Counted from the first letter of the stretch, positions 1 to 8,703 are shown. The stretch is 24,000 nt of DNA from Actinocrinis sp. (GCF_035653575.1 NZ_DASRBQ010000006.1:30325-54324); one strand, 5' to 3'. The notes: generated by a model from the sequence alone, not told the origin. Numbers and translations: made by a program.

Positions 1-621
1 GGCCTGCTGCTGGAGGCGGGCCGGATCTCCCGGATGACCAGCTCCTACGTTGGGGAGAACAAGGAGTTCGCGCGGCAGTACCTGTCCGGCGAGCTGGAGG
101 TGGAGCTCACGCCGCAGGGCACGCTGGCGGAGCGGCTGCGCGCGGGCGGCGCCGGAATCCCGGCGTTCTACACCGCGACCGGGGTCGGCACCCAGGTGGC
201 CGAAGGCGGGCTGCCGTGGAAGTACGCCTCCGACGGCTCGGTGGCGGTCGCCTCGCCGCCCAAGGAGGTGCGCAGCTTCGGCGATCGCGAGTACATCCTG
301 GAGCAGGCTATCGTCACGGACTTCTCGCTGGTGCGGGCCGCGGTGGCGGACTGGCACGGCAACGCGGTCTTCAACGGCTCGGCGATGAACTTCAACCCGC
401 TCGCCGCGATGGCCGGACGGATCTGCGTGCTCGAGGCGGAGCGGATCGTCGAGCCCGGCGAGATCGCGCCGGCGAGCGTGCAGCTGCCGGGCGTGCACGT
501 GCACCGGGTCGTCGAGGCGACCGTGACGGAGAAGCGGATCGAGCGGCGCACCGTGCGCCCGCGCCCGCAGCAGGCCGGCGCCTCCGCGACCGCAGCCCCC
601 TCCAGCGAGAACGGGAACTGA
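1..621 (+). CDS. scoA: 3-oxoacid CoA-transferase subunit A (family I CoA transferase alpha subunit); 5' end truncated by the window edge
   Basis: Frame 1 is open from base 1 ([23 protein letters not shown]...). The [34 protein letters not shown] and [10 protein letters not shown] blocks are typical of subunit A. The stop at 619-621 lies 1 nt before the subunit B start. Confidence 0.9.
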   Translation, partial: GLLLEAGRISRMTSSYVGENKEFARQYLSGELEVELTPQGTLAERLRAGGAGIPAFYTATGVGTQVAEGGLPWKYASDGSVAVASPPKEVRSFGDREYILEQAIVTDFSLVRAAVADWHGNAVFNGSAMNFNPLAAMAGRICVLEAERIVEPGEIAPASVQLPGVHVHRVVEATVTEKRIERRTVRPRPQQAGASATAAPSSENGN

Positions 622-622
622 C

Positions 623-1285
623 ATGGCCCTCGACCGCAACCAGATGGCCGCTCGCGCCGCGCTCGAACTGCGCGACGGGCAATACGTGAACCTCGGCATC
701 GGCCTGCCGACGCTCATCCCGAACTACGTGCCCGAGGGCGTCACGGTCGTGCTCCAGTCGGAGAACGGCATTCTCGGTACCGGACCGTACCCGTACGAGG
801 GCGATGAGGATCCTGATCTGATCAACGCGGGCAAGGAGACGGTGACCCTGCTGCCGGGCGCCTCGCTGTTCGACTCCGCCGCGTCCTTCGCGATGATCCG
901 AGGCGGCAAGATCGATATCGCGGTGCTCGGCGCGATGCAGGTCAGCGAGCAGGGCGACCTGGCGAACTGGATGATCCCCGGCAAGATGGTCAAGGGGATG
1001 GGCGGGGCGATGGACCTGGTGCACGGGGCGAAGAGGGTGGTCGTCCTGATGGAGCACGTGGCCAAGGACGGCGGGCACAAGCTGGTCAAGGAGTGCTCGC
1101 TGCCGCTGACCGGCAAGCGGGTCGTCAACCGGGTGATCACCGACCTGGCCGTCATCGATGTCGAGGACGAGGGCCTGGTGCTGCGCGAGCTCGCTCCGGG
1201 CGTCACGGTCGAGGAGGTGGTCGCCGCCACCGGTCCGACGCTGCGCGTCCCGAGCGGCGAGGTTCCCACCATGCCAGTCGGTTGA
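623..1285 (+). CDS. scoB: 3-oxoacid CoA-transferase subunit B
   Basis: 220 aa. It contains the family I CoA-transferase signature LQSENG ([11 protein letters not shown]) with the catalytic Glu. It is tightly coupled to subunit A and has high GC3. Confidence 0.9.
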   Translation: MALDRNQMAARAALELRDGQYVNLGIGLPTLIPNYVPEGVTVVLQSENGILGTGPYPYEGDEDPDLINAGKETVTLLPGASLFDSAASFAMIRGGKIDIAVLGAMQVSEQGDLANWMIPGKMVKGMGGAMDLVHGAKRVVVLMEHVAKDGGHKLVKECSLPLTGKRVVNRVITDLAVIDVEDEGLVLRELAPGVTVEEVVAATGPTLRVPSGEVPTMPVG

Positions 1286-1313
1286 TTCAACACTGATCCA
1301 ACCGCGATTCACC

Positions 1314-1348
1314 GTGGGGCCGGGCTCGTTCGCGTAGACCGGCCCCAC
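1314..1348 (+). terminator. GC-rich hairpin downstream of scoB, a candidate intrinsic terminator
   Basis: GTGGGGCCGG (1314-1323) pairs perfectly with CCGGCCCCAC (1339-1348) around a 15-nt loop. It starts 29 nt after the scoB stop. There is no clear U-tract. Confidence 0.4.
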
Positions 1349-1466
1349 TTGCGTCGCCGGCAGAGTATGCCGCTCCCACATCCCCTCGCCCGAGCCCGCA
1401 CAGGACAGTACCCACACGCGCCACGCGCGGCGCGCTTACCCGTACCCCTGTGACAGGAGCTCGACG

Positions 1467-2939
1467 ATGAGCACCACCACCGCATCAGAGACGGCCGCCG
1501 CAGGCGCCGACCGCGCGCAGTCCCCCTGGCGAGTCGTCGGAGCCTCGCTGGTCGGCACCACGCTGGAGTGGTACGACTTCTTCCTCTACGGCACCGCCGC
1601 CGCGGTCGTCTTCCCCAAGGTCTTCTTCGTCAAGGCCGATCCGCTGACCGGGACGCTGCTCTCCTTCCTCACCTACGCGCTCGGATTCGCGGCGCGGCCG
1701 CTGGGCGGGGTCTTCTTCGGCAACCTCGGCGACCGGATCGGCCGCAAGCGCGCGCTGTTCCTGACGCTGGTGGTCATGGGCGCCGCGACCACGCTCATCG
1801 CGGCAGTGCCCTCATACGCGTCGATCGGGGTCGCCGCCCCGATCCTGCTCACCACGCTGCGGATGATCCAGGGCTTCGCGCTCGGCGGCGAGTGGGGCGG
1901 CGCGGTCCTCATCGTCGCGGAACAGGATCGCGGACGCCGCGGATTCTGGGCGTCGTGGCCGCAGGCGGGCGCGCCGCTGGGCAATGTGCTCGGTACCGGG
2001 GTCATCCTGCTGCTGAGCCAGAACCTGAGCGAGTCGGCGTTCCTGTCCTGGGGCTGGCGGATCGGCTTCGCGCTCTCGGCGCTGCTGATGATCCTCGGCC
2101 TGTGGGTTCGCGCCTCGCTGCATGAGACCGAGGCGTTCCGCCAGTCGCTCGCCCGGCGTGAGGCGACCCGCGCGACGGCAAAGCCGCCGGTCGTCGAGGT
2201 GCTTCAGTCCTCGTGGAAGCAGCTGCTCACCGCGTTCGGCGCGCGCATGGCCGAGAACATCTCGTACTACGTGATCACCGCGTTCATCCTGGTGTACGTC
2301 GTCGACTTCCTGAAGCTGCCGAAGTCCTTCGGCCTCGACGCGGTCCTGATCGGCTCGGCGGTCGAGTTCGCGTTGATCCCGCTGTTCGGCATCCTGTCGG
2401 ACCGGGTCGGCCGCCGACCGGTGTACCTGGCCGGGGCGATCGGCATCGGCGTGTGGACGCCGTTCTTCTTCGGCATGCTGAATTCGAGGTCGTACCCGCA
2501 GGCGGTCGCGGCCGTCACCATCGCGCTGGCGTTCCACGGCCTGATGTACGCGCCTCAGGCGGCCTTCTTCGCGGAGCTGTTCGCCACCAACGTGCGTTAC
2601 TCCGGAGCGTCGATCGGCTACCAGGTCGCCTCGATTGCCGCGGGCGCGCCGGCCCCGCTCATCGCGGTGGCGGTGCTGCAGCACAACGGCGGCAAGACCC
2701 CGACGCTGCTCGCGATCTACCTTGGCGCGGCGGCCCTGCTCACGCTCATCGCGGTGCTCGCAGCGCGCGAGACCCGCGCGACCGACCTGGTCGCCGCCGT
2801 GAGCCCGGTGCAGGCGGCCGAGGCGCTGGCGGGTCCGCGCGCCGTGCCCGCCTCGTCCGGCGCTAGCATGCTCCAGTCCCCCGCCTCGGTGTCCTCGGCC
2901 GGCTCGAACTCGGCTGCGAGGCCCGAGCCCACCGCGTAA
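1467..2939 (+). CDS. MFS transporter, metabolite:H+ symporter (MHS) family, with a low-complexity Ala/Ser/Pro C-terminal tail
   Basis: 490 aa with multiple hydrophobic segments. MHS-type motifs are present: LEWYDFFLYG and GNLGDRIGRKRAL. An AGGAG Shine-Dalgarno sits about 7 nt upstream of the ATG. Confidence 0.85.
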   Translation: MSTTTASETAAAGADRAQSPWRVVGASLVGTTLEWYDFFLYGTAAAVVFPKVFFVKADPLTGTLLSFLTYALGFAARPLGGVFFGNLGDRIGRKRALFLTLVVMGAATTLIAAVPSYASIGVAAPILLTTLRMIQGFALGGEWGGAVLIVAEQDRGRRGFWASWPQAGAPLGNVLGTGVILLLSQNLSESAFLSWGWRIGFALSALLMILGLWVRASLHETEAFRQSLARREATRATAKPPVVEVLQSSWKQLLTAFGARMAENISYYVITAFILVYVVDFLKLPKSFGLDAVLIGSAVEFALIPLFGILSDRVGRRPVYLAGAIGIGVWTPFFFGMLNSRSYPQAVAAVTIALAFHGLMYAPQAAFFAELFATNVRYSGASIGYQVASIAAGAPAPLIAVAVLQHNGGKTPTLLAIYLGAAALLTLIAVLAARETRATDLVAAVSPVQAAEALAGPRAVPASSGASMLQSPASVSSAGSNSAARPEPTA

Positions 2940-2964
2940 CGCAGTAAGAGGTAGGTACGCACGT

Positions 2965-3777
2965 ATGCAGGGCCGCGTCGAGGCAGGCGTTCTCCATCCC
3001 GGGGCGATGGGCGCCTCCCTCGGCGCGGCGCTGCGACGGAACTGCGAGGCGGTGCTCTGGGCGGCACAGGGCCGTTCCCCAGAAACGCATCACCGGGCGC
3101 AGCAGGCCGGACTTACCGAGGTCCCCGACTTGTCCACCCTCGCCTCCCGCGCGCAGGTGATCGTCTCAATCTGTCCGCCCCACGCCGCCGAGGACGTGGC
3201 GCGCGACGTCGCACGACATGCGAGCCCGGACTTACGGCTCTACATCGACGCCAATGCGGTTGCGCCCGCGACCGTCGAGCGCATCGCAGTGCTCTTCGAT
3301 CAGGACCGCGTCGTCGACGCAGCCCTGGTCGGCCCGCCGGCGTGGCAGCCGGGCACGTTCCTCTGGCTCTCCGGGCCGCGAGCCGACGAGGCGGCCGAGC
3401 TGTTCGCGGACACGCCGCTCGACGTGCGCGTGCTCGGAGACCGCCTCGGCCAGGCGTCGATGGCGAAGGTCTGCTTCGCGCTGCAAAGCAAGGCGATGCC
3501 GACGATCTGGCTGGCCATGGCTGAGGCCGCAACGGCGTACGGCGTACTCGCGCCGGTCCGCGAGGTCCTGGCCGAAGACGGCATCGACTTGGACGCGCAG
3601 CTCGCGTCGATCGAGCGCCGCGCGCGCCCGAAAGCCTGGCGCTGGGCAGGCGAGATGGACGAGGCTGGGGCGGCCCTCGCCGCTCTCGGCCTGCCCGACG
3701 GCTGGTCCCGCGCCGCCGCCGAAATGTACCGCCGCGTAGCCAACGAATCCCGGGCCGACGCTGACCCGCGCGACTAG
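2965..3777 (+). CDS. NAD(P)-binding oxidoreductase-like protein (6-phosphogluconate-dehydrogenase-like N-terminal domain plus DUF1932-type C-terminal domain)
   Basis: 270 aa. The N-terminal GVLHPGAMGASLGAAL is a dinucleotide-binding glycine motif. GC3 is high. AAGAGG lies upstream of the ATG. There is one in-frame TTA codon at 3232-3234. The domain assignment is from recollection of similar actinobacterial proteins. Confidence 0.6.
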   Translation: MQGRVEAGVLHPGAMGASLGAALRRNCEAVLWAAQGRSPETHHRAQQAGLTEVPDLSTLASRAQVIVSICPPHAAEDVARDVARHASPDLRLYIDANAVAPATVERIAVLFDQDRVVDAALVGPPAWQPGTFLWLSGPRADEAAELFADTPLDVRVLGDRLGQASMAKVCFALQSKAMPTIWLAMAEAATAYGVLAPVREVLAEDGIDLDAQLASIERRARPKAWRWAGEMDEAGAALAALGLPDGWSRAAAEMYRRVANESRADADPRD

Positions 3778-3828
3778 CGGTCCCTGGGCCGCCATTGCAG
3801 CCCCTAGCACTACGCAGTTAGGCGTGCC

Positions 3829-4299
3829 CTAGGCCGTTGCCGCCGTCACCACCGCTGTCCCCGGCCCCGGCATGAGATCGATGTCCGCGGCGTGCATCGG
3901 CTGCCCGCAGTGCTCGCACCGCAGGTCCACGCTGCCGATCTGGCCGCAGGCGTGGTGCCGGTAAAGCACCGGCGGCCCGGCCTCACCGGCGAGCCACTTG
4001 TCGCCCCAGCGGACCATCACCATCAGCACATCGACAAGCTCCGTCCCCTTTCCGGTGAGGACATATTCGTACCGCGGCCGGCGGTCGTAAGGCTGGCGCT
4101 CGATGATCCCGCGCTCAACGAGGTAGTTCAGCCGTTCGGTAAGCACCTTGCGCGAGATGCCGAGATCGGCCTGGATCTGTTCGAACCGGGAGATGCCGAC
4201 CCAGATGTCGCGCAGGATCAAGGGCGACCACGGCTCGCCGATCACGTCGAGGGTCCGCGCGATGGAACAGGCCATCTCGCTGAAGTCGGTGCGCTGCAT
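3829..4299 (-). CDS. HxlR-family winged-helix transcriptional regulator with a Cys/His-rich C-terminal extension
   Basis: 156 aa. CSIARTLDVIGEPWSPLILRDI ... FEQIQADLGISRKVLTERLNYLVERGIIERQPY ... YEYVLTGKG is the canonical HxlR/DUF24 core. The tail carries HHAC-x10-CEHC. Confidence 0.9.
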   Translation of the reverse strand: MQRTDFSEMACSIARTLDVIGEPWSPLILRDIWVGISRFEQIQADLGISRKVLTERLNYLVERGIIERQPYDRRPRYEYVLTGKGTELVDVLMVMVRWGDKWLAGEAGPPVLYRHHACGQIGSVDLRCEHCGQPMHAADIDLMPGPGTAVVTAATA

Positions 4300-4320
4300 G
4301 ACCGCAGTCTAGCAATTGGG

Positions 4321-4371
4321 GTTCCCTTAAGGAACTCGAAGCGCTACGGTGTCAGGGTCTCCCAAGGGAAC
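4321..4371. promoter_or_regulatory. Candidate HxlR operator: three copies of the half-site AAGG(G)AAC in the hxlR/PPOX divergent intergenic region
   Basis: GTTCCCTT (4321-4328, reverse complement of AAGGGAAC) abuts AAGGAAC (4329-4335), forming an inverted pair centred on CCTTAAGG. A third copy, AAGGGAAC, lies at 4364-4371. The site is 22 nt from the hxlR ATG and upstream of the PPOX gene. Confidence 0.45.
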
Positions 4372-4390
4372 TCTGAAAAGGAGAGCAACG

Positions 4391-4774
4391 ATGCTCGACC
4401 CGACCGTACGCCGCGCGCTCGACGGCACCTCGCTGGCCCACCTCGCGACCGTTCTGCCGGACGGCTCGCCGCACACCGTGCCGCTCTGGATCGGAACCCA
4501 CGACGATTACATCGTCTTCCTCACCGGCCCGAACTCGCGCAAGGCACGCAACCTGCGCCGCGACCCGCGGGTCGCCCTGTCCCTCACGTCGGCCGACAAC
4601 CCTTTCGAGCCCGTCATCGTGCGCGGCCGGGTCATCGAATGGCTCGAGGGAGACCCGGCCTGGACGATCATCGACCAGTTGTCCACCAAGTACATCGGCC
4701 AGCCGTACTCGCGAGCCGAAGAGCGCGTCGTCGCGGTCATCGAGCCGGAACGGCAGTCGGTCGGCATCGGCTGA
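4391..4774 (+). CDS. PPOX-class (pyridoxamine 5'-phosphate oxidase fold) probable F420-dependent oxidoreductase
   Basis: LAHLATVLPDGSPHTVPLWIG and the split-barrel-type sequence support the call. The start is placed at ATG 4391 because AAGGAGA (4377-4383) lies 7 nt upstream. The track ORF begins at 4349 (GTG) without a Shine-Dalgarno. Confidence 0.8.
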   Translation: MLDPTVRRALDGTSLAHLATVLPDGSPHTVPLWIGTHDDYIVFLTGPNSRKARNLRRDPRVALSLTSADNPFEPVIVRGRVIEWLEGDPAWTIIDQLSTKYIGQPYSRAEERVVAVIEPERQSVGIG

Positions 4775-4922
4775 GCGGCGGCGCTCCTAGGGTCGCGCCC
4801 GGTTCCTAGCACCGCACAACGCCGTACGATGTGCACCCATCGGGCCAACTTCGGGCTCAGAGCACTGCGTTTCATAGCCGTGTGCCTCAGCGACCGACGC
4901 AGTCGACCAGGGAGGGCAAGCG

Positions 4923-5372
4923 GTGTTTGAGCGGTATACGGAAAACGCTCGACGAGTCGTCATTTTGGCCTCCGACAAAGCTCGCATGCTGCGCCACGAT
5001 TACATAGGCGCTGAGCACCTCCTGCTCGCCCTGATCCACGACGAACAGAGCACCGCCGGACGGCTTCTGAGTGCCTTGGGGATCTCGCACGCGACCGTGC
5101 GGCGGGATGTCGAACAGGCGGTCCCGGCGGGAGTCGCGGAGACTCCCGACCATCTCCCGTTTCACCCGGCGGCCAAGCAGGTCCTGGAGCTCGGGTTGTT
5201 AGAGGCCGTGCGGCTCAACAGCCCGCGCATAGGTACCGGGCACCTGCTTCTCGGTCTGATCCGCGAGGGTGAGAGTCCTGGGGCGCAAGTGCTCAGCGCG
5301 CTCGGCGTTGACTTGGAAGGCGCTCGCCGCGCGGAACGTCTCGTGCGGGAGGGCGGCCAGCCGCAGGCGTGA
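4923..5372 (+). CDS. Stand-alone Clp N-terminal (Clp_R repeat) domain protein; resembles the ClpC1 N-domain and has no AAA+ module
   Basis: 149 aa. MFERYTENARRVVILASDKARMLRHDYIGAEHLLLALI and PRIGTGHLLLGLIREGESPGAQVL are the two Clp_N repeats. The start is GTG with GGGAGGG upstream. GC3 is visibly lower than in neighbouring genes. A TTA codon lies at 5199-5201. Confidence 0.85.
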   Translation: MFERYTENARRVVILASDKARMLRHDYIGAEHLLLALIHDEQSTAGRLLSALGISHATVRRDVEQAVPAGVAETPDHLPFHPAAKQVLELGLLEAVRLNSPRIGTGHLLLGLIREGESPGAQVLSALGVDLEGARRAERLVREGGQPQA

Positions 5373-5421
5373 CGCGCAGCGAGGCGGCGGAGCGCGCGCA
5401 CCCGGCGAGCACCGGTGCGGG

Positions 5422-8181
5422 TCAGTGGCCGGCGGCCTGCCAGTCGCGGCCGAAGCCGACCGAGACGTCGAGCGGCACCCGCAGCTCATAGGCGGAGCCC
5501 ATCTCCCGGCGCACCAGCTGCTCGACCAGCTCGCGCTCCTCGTCGCAGACCTCGAGGACCAGTTCGTCGTGCACCTGCAGCAGCAGGCGCGACTTGAGCT
5601 GGTGCTCCCGCAGCGCGTCGTCCACCCGCAGCATGGCGACCTTGATGATGTCCGCCGCCGAGCCCTGGATCGGCGCGTTGAGGGCCATGCGCTCGGCCAT
5701 CTGCCGCAGGTGCGGGTTGGTGGAGGTCAGGTCCGGCAGGTAGCGCCTTCTGCCGAGGACCGTCTGGGTGTAGCCGGTCTTGCGGGCCTCGTCGACGACC
5801 GCGCGCAGGTAGTCGCGGATGCCGCCGAAGCGCGCGAAGTAGTCCTCCATCATGTGGGTGGCCTCGGCGTTGCTCACACCGAGGTTCTGCGCGAGGCCGT
5901 ACGCGGACTGCCCGTAGGCCAGGCCGTAGGAGACCGCCTTGACCTTGCGGCGCAGGTCTCCGGTGACCTCCCGGGGCGACACGTTCCACACCTTGGCCGC
6001 CACCGAGGAGTGCAGGTCCTCGCCCGAGTTGAACGCCTCGATCAGGCCCTCGTCGCCGGAGAGGTGCGCCATGATGCGCATCTCGATCTGGCTGTAGTCG
6101 GCCGTCATGAGGGTGTCGTATCCGGGGCCTGCGATGAAGGCCTTGCGAATGCGGCGGCCCTCCTCGGTGCGCACCGGGATGTTCTGCAGGTTCGGGTCCA
6201 CCGAGGACAGCCGGCCGGTGGCGGCGACCATCTGATTGAACGTCGTATGGATGCGGCCGTCGTCCAGCACCGTCTTGACCAGGCCCTCGACCGTGGTGCG
6301 CAGCCGGTTCACGTCGCGGTGGCGCAGCAGGATGACCGGCAGCGGATGGTCGGTCTGGCCGGCCAGCCAGGTCAGCGCGTCGGCGTCGGTGGTGTAGCCG
6401 GTCTTGATCTTCTTCGTCTTCGGCAGCTTGAGCTGCTCGAACAGGATCTCCTGCAGCTGCTTGGGCGAGCCGAGGTTGAACTGGACGCCGGTGGCCGAGT
6501 GCGCTTCCTCCACCGCGTGTTTGACGTCCGCGGCGAAGCCGACTTCGAGATCGGACAGGTACTCACGGTCCGCGGCGATGCCGGCGCGCTCCATCCGGGC
6601 CAGCAGCAGGAGCAGCGGCAGTTCGACGTTACGCAGCAGGTTCTCGGCGGTCTGCTCGGACTCGGCGCGCCGGTCGAGTTCCTGCTCGAGGCGCGCGGAC
6701 AGCTCGGTCAGTACGGAGGCGGCCCGCATCAGGCCGATCGGCGCCTCATCCTGCTCGCCGAGCACGTCGAGGGTCAGCTGGCCCTCCGGCTGGGCGCTGG
6801 TCAGCTCCCTGCCGAGGTACTGGCGGACCAGGTCGGCCAGCTCGGCGGTGCGCACGCCCGGCTGGACCAGGTACGCGGCCAGCGCGGTGTCCCCGCCGAG
6901 GCCCGCGAACGGGAAGCCGTGTTCGGCGAAGGCGAGGATCGGGCCCTTCGCGTCGTGCAGGATCTTGGGCTTGGCCGGGTCGGCGAGCAGCTTGCCGAGC
7001 GCGGCCTCGTCGGCGGGGTCGAGGCTGTCCGGGGTGAAGTAGGCGGCGTGCGCGTCGGCGGTGGCGAGGGCGATCGCGGTCAGCTGTCCGGCGCCGCGGC
7101 CCCAGCGGCCCTCGACCGCGATGCCGATCGGGTCGGCGCCGGCGGCGTGCTCGGCGAGCCAGGGGGCGAGCTCGCCGGTGAGCAGCACGGCGGTGTGCAG
7201 TTCGGGCTCGTCGTCGCGCGGGGCGCTCGTGTCGGGTTCCGGGGCGTCGAGGCCGAAGACGTCGTTCATCCGCGGGCGCAGGGCGCGAAACTCCAGCGTG
7301 GTGAACAGCTGGTCGACCGCGGCGGTGTCGGCGGCGGCACGGGCCAGGTCGGCGGGGCGCAGCTCGAGTTCGACGTGCCGGTCGAGCTCGGTGAGCAGCC
7401 GGTTGGTCTGCACCTGCTCAAGGTGCGCGCGCAGCGCCTCGCCGGCCTTGCCCTTGACCTCGTCGGCGCGCTCGGCCAGCTGCGCCAGGGATCCGAACTC
7501 GCGGATCCACTTGGCCGCGGTCTTCTCGCCGATGCCGGGGATCGAGGGCAGGTTGTCGGAGGGGTCGCCGCGCAGCGCCGCGAAGTCAGGGTACTGCTGC
7601 GGGGTGAGGCCGTACTTCTCCTCCACCGCCTCCGGGGTGAAGCGCACCAGGTCCGCCACCCCCTTGCGCGGGTAGAGCACGGTGATGTGGTCGGTCACCA
7701 GCTGCAGCGCGTCGCGGTCCCCGGTGACGATGGCGACGTCGAAGCCGTCGGCCGCGGCTTGGGTCGCCAGGGTCGCGATCAGGTCGTCCGCCTCCGAGCC
7801 GTCCTTGCGGAACACCGGGATATGCAGCGCGGTCAACAGTTCGCACAGCAGCTCGACCTGGCCGGCGAACTCCGGCGGAGCCGAAGCGCGCTGCGCCTTG
7901 TATGCCGGGAACAGCGTGGTGCGCTTGAGGGTCGCGCGGGAGACGTCGAAGGCCACGGCCAGGTGCGTCGGGGCCTCATCGCGCACCACGTTGATCAGCA
8001 TCGAGGTGAAGCCGTAGATCGCGTTGGTGGACTGGCCGGTGGAGATGGTGAAGTTCTCCGCGGGCAGCGCGTAGAAGGCCCGGTAGGCCATGGAGTGGCC
8101 GTCGAGCAGGAGCAGCTTGCCACCCGCCGCGGACGCGCCCGCCGGGCCGGTGGTCGCCGTGCTCTGTCCGATCTCGCTCAC
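5422..8181 (-). CDS. polA: DNA polymerase I
   Basis: Three regions are recognisable: the 5'-nuclease region (LLLLDGHSMAYRAFYALP, GDRDALQL, PGIGEKTA), a 3'-5' exo-like region, and the family A polymerase motifs (DYSQIEMRI, RRKVKAVSYGLAYG, QVHDEL). I prefer the GTG start at 8181 (GGGAG 8 nt upstream). An in-frame ATG at 8235 without a Shine-Dalgarno is the alternative. The track start at 8556 is unsupported. Confidence 0.95.
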   Translation of the reverse strand: MSEIGQSTATTGPAGASAAGGKLLLLDGHSMAYRAFYALPAENFTISTGQSTNAIYGFTSMLINVVRDEAPTHLAVAFDVSRATLKRTTLFPAYKAQRASAPPEFAGQVELLCELLTALHIPVFRKDGSEADDLIATLATQAAADGFDVAIVTGDRDALQLVTDHITVLYPRKGVADLVRFTPEAVEEKYGLTPQQYPDFAALRGDPSDNLPSIPGIGEKTAAKWIREFGSLAQLAERADEVKGKAGEALRAHLEQVQTNRLLTELDRHVELELRPADLARAAADTAAVDQLFTTLEFRALRPRMNDVFGLDAPEPDTSAPRDDEPELHTAVLLTGELAPWLAEHAAGADPIGIAVEGRWGRGAGQLTAIALATADAHAAYFTPDSLDPADEAALGKLLADPAKPKILHDAKGPILAFAEHGFPFAGLGGDTALAAYLVQPGVRTAELADLVRQYLGRELTSAQPEGQLTLDVLGEQDEAPIGLMRAASVLTELSARLEQELDRRAESEQTAENLLRNVELPLLLLLARMERAGIAADREYLSDLEVGFAADVKHAVEEAHSATGVQFNLGSPKQLQEILFEQLKLPKTKKIKTGYTTDADALTWLAGQTDHPLPVILLRHRDVNRLRTTVEGLVKTVLDDGRIHTTFNQMVAATGRLSSVDPNLQNIPVRTEEGRRIRKAFIAGPGYDTLMTADYSQIEMRIMAHLSGDEGLIEAFNSGEDLHSSVAAKVWNVSPREVTGDLRRKVKAVSYGLAYGQSAYGLAQNLGVSNAEATHMMEDYFARFGGIRDYLRAVVDEARKTGYTQTVLGRRRYLPDLTSTNPHLRQMAERMALNAPIQGSAADIIKVAMLRVDDALREHQLKSRLLLQVHDELVLEVCDEERELVEQLVRREMGSAYELRVPLDVSVGFGRDWQAAGH

Positions 8182-8259
8182 TGCCGATACTCCCGTCTTC
8201 TCCACGGATGCGATCCTATGCGCTGGGTCCGACATCAACGGGCCCACGACGCGGAAAGG

Positions 8260-8703
8260 ATGACCCGGCACATGGGCGAGGCGCGACTGCCTGAATACGA
8301 AGCGTTCCAGGACCTGGTACAGGATGTATACGCCACCGGTGGAACGCTGGGCGAGAAGCTGGGCATCCGCTTCACCGAGATCTCCGCGCAGCGGCTCGTG
8401 GCGACGATGCCGGTCGAGGGCAACACCCAGCCGGCCGGGCTGCTGCACGGCGGGGCCTCGGCGGCGCTGGCCGAGACGATGGGTTCCGTGGGAGCCGCGG
8501 TGCACGCGGGCCCCGGTTCGATGGTGGTCGGCGTGGAGATCAACGCGACGCACCACCGCTCCGCCCGCTCCGGCACCGTGACCGGCACGGCGACGCCGTT
8601 GTTCCTGGGCCGCTCGATGGCCACCTACGAGATCGTGATCACGGACGAGGACGGGCGCCGGATCTGCACGGCCCGGCTCAGCTGCCTCATTCGCAAACCG
8701 TGA
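8260..8703 (+). CDS. PaaI-family hotdog-fold thioesterase
   Basis: LGIRFTEISAQRLVATMPVEGNTQPAGLLHGGASAALAETMGS and ATYEIVITDEDGR are typical of the PaaI / DHNA-CoA hydrolase family. This is only the C-terminal part of the 1144-aa track ORF. The start is ATG 8260 or ATG 8272 (GGAAAGGA at 8253-8260). Confidence 0.85.
   Translation: MTRHMGEARLPEYEAFQDLVQDVYATGGTLGEKLGIRFTEISAQRLVATMPVEGNTQPAGLLHGGASAALAETMGSVGAAVHAGPGSMVVGVEINATHHRSARSGTVTGTATPLFLGRSMATYEIVITDEDGRRICTARLSCLIRKP

Noticed and set aside
392-1417. 341-aa minus-strand ORF opposite scoA/scoB.
   Set aside because: It is antisense to two genes with diagnostic CoA-transferase signatures. The product is a low-complexity Arg/Ala-rich sequence.
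5397-5419. Small imperfect hairpin (CGCACCCGG ... CCGGTGCG) between the convergent Clp-N gene and polA, considered as a shared terminator.
   Set aside because: The stem has a bulge and there is no U-tract. The whole gap is only 49 nt. This is too weak to call.
5269-8259. Upstream 3 kb of the 1144-aa plus-strand ORF (5269-8703).
   Set aside because: It runs exactly antisense to polA, which has unmistakable family A polymerase motifs. Its translation is low-complexity Arg/Gly/Ala/Val/Leu-rich sequence, typical of stop-free antisense frames in high-GC DNA. Only the last about 147 codons (the PaaI thioesterase) are real.
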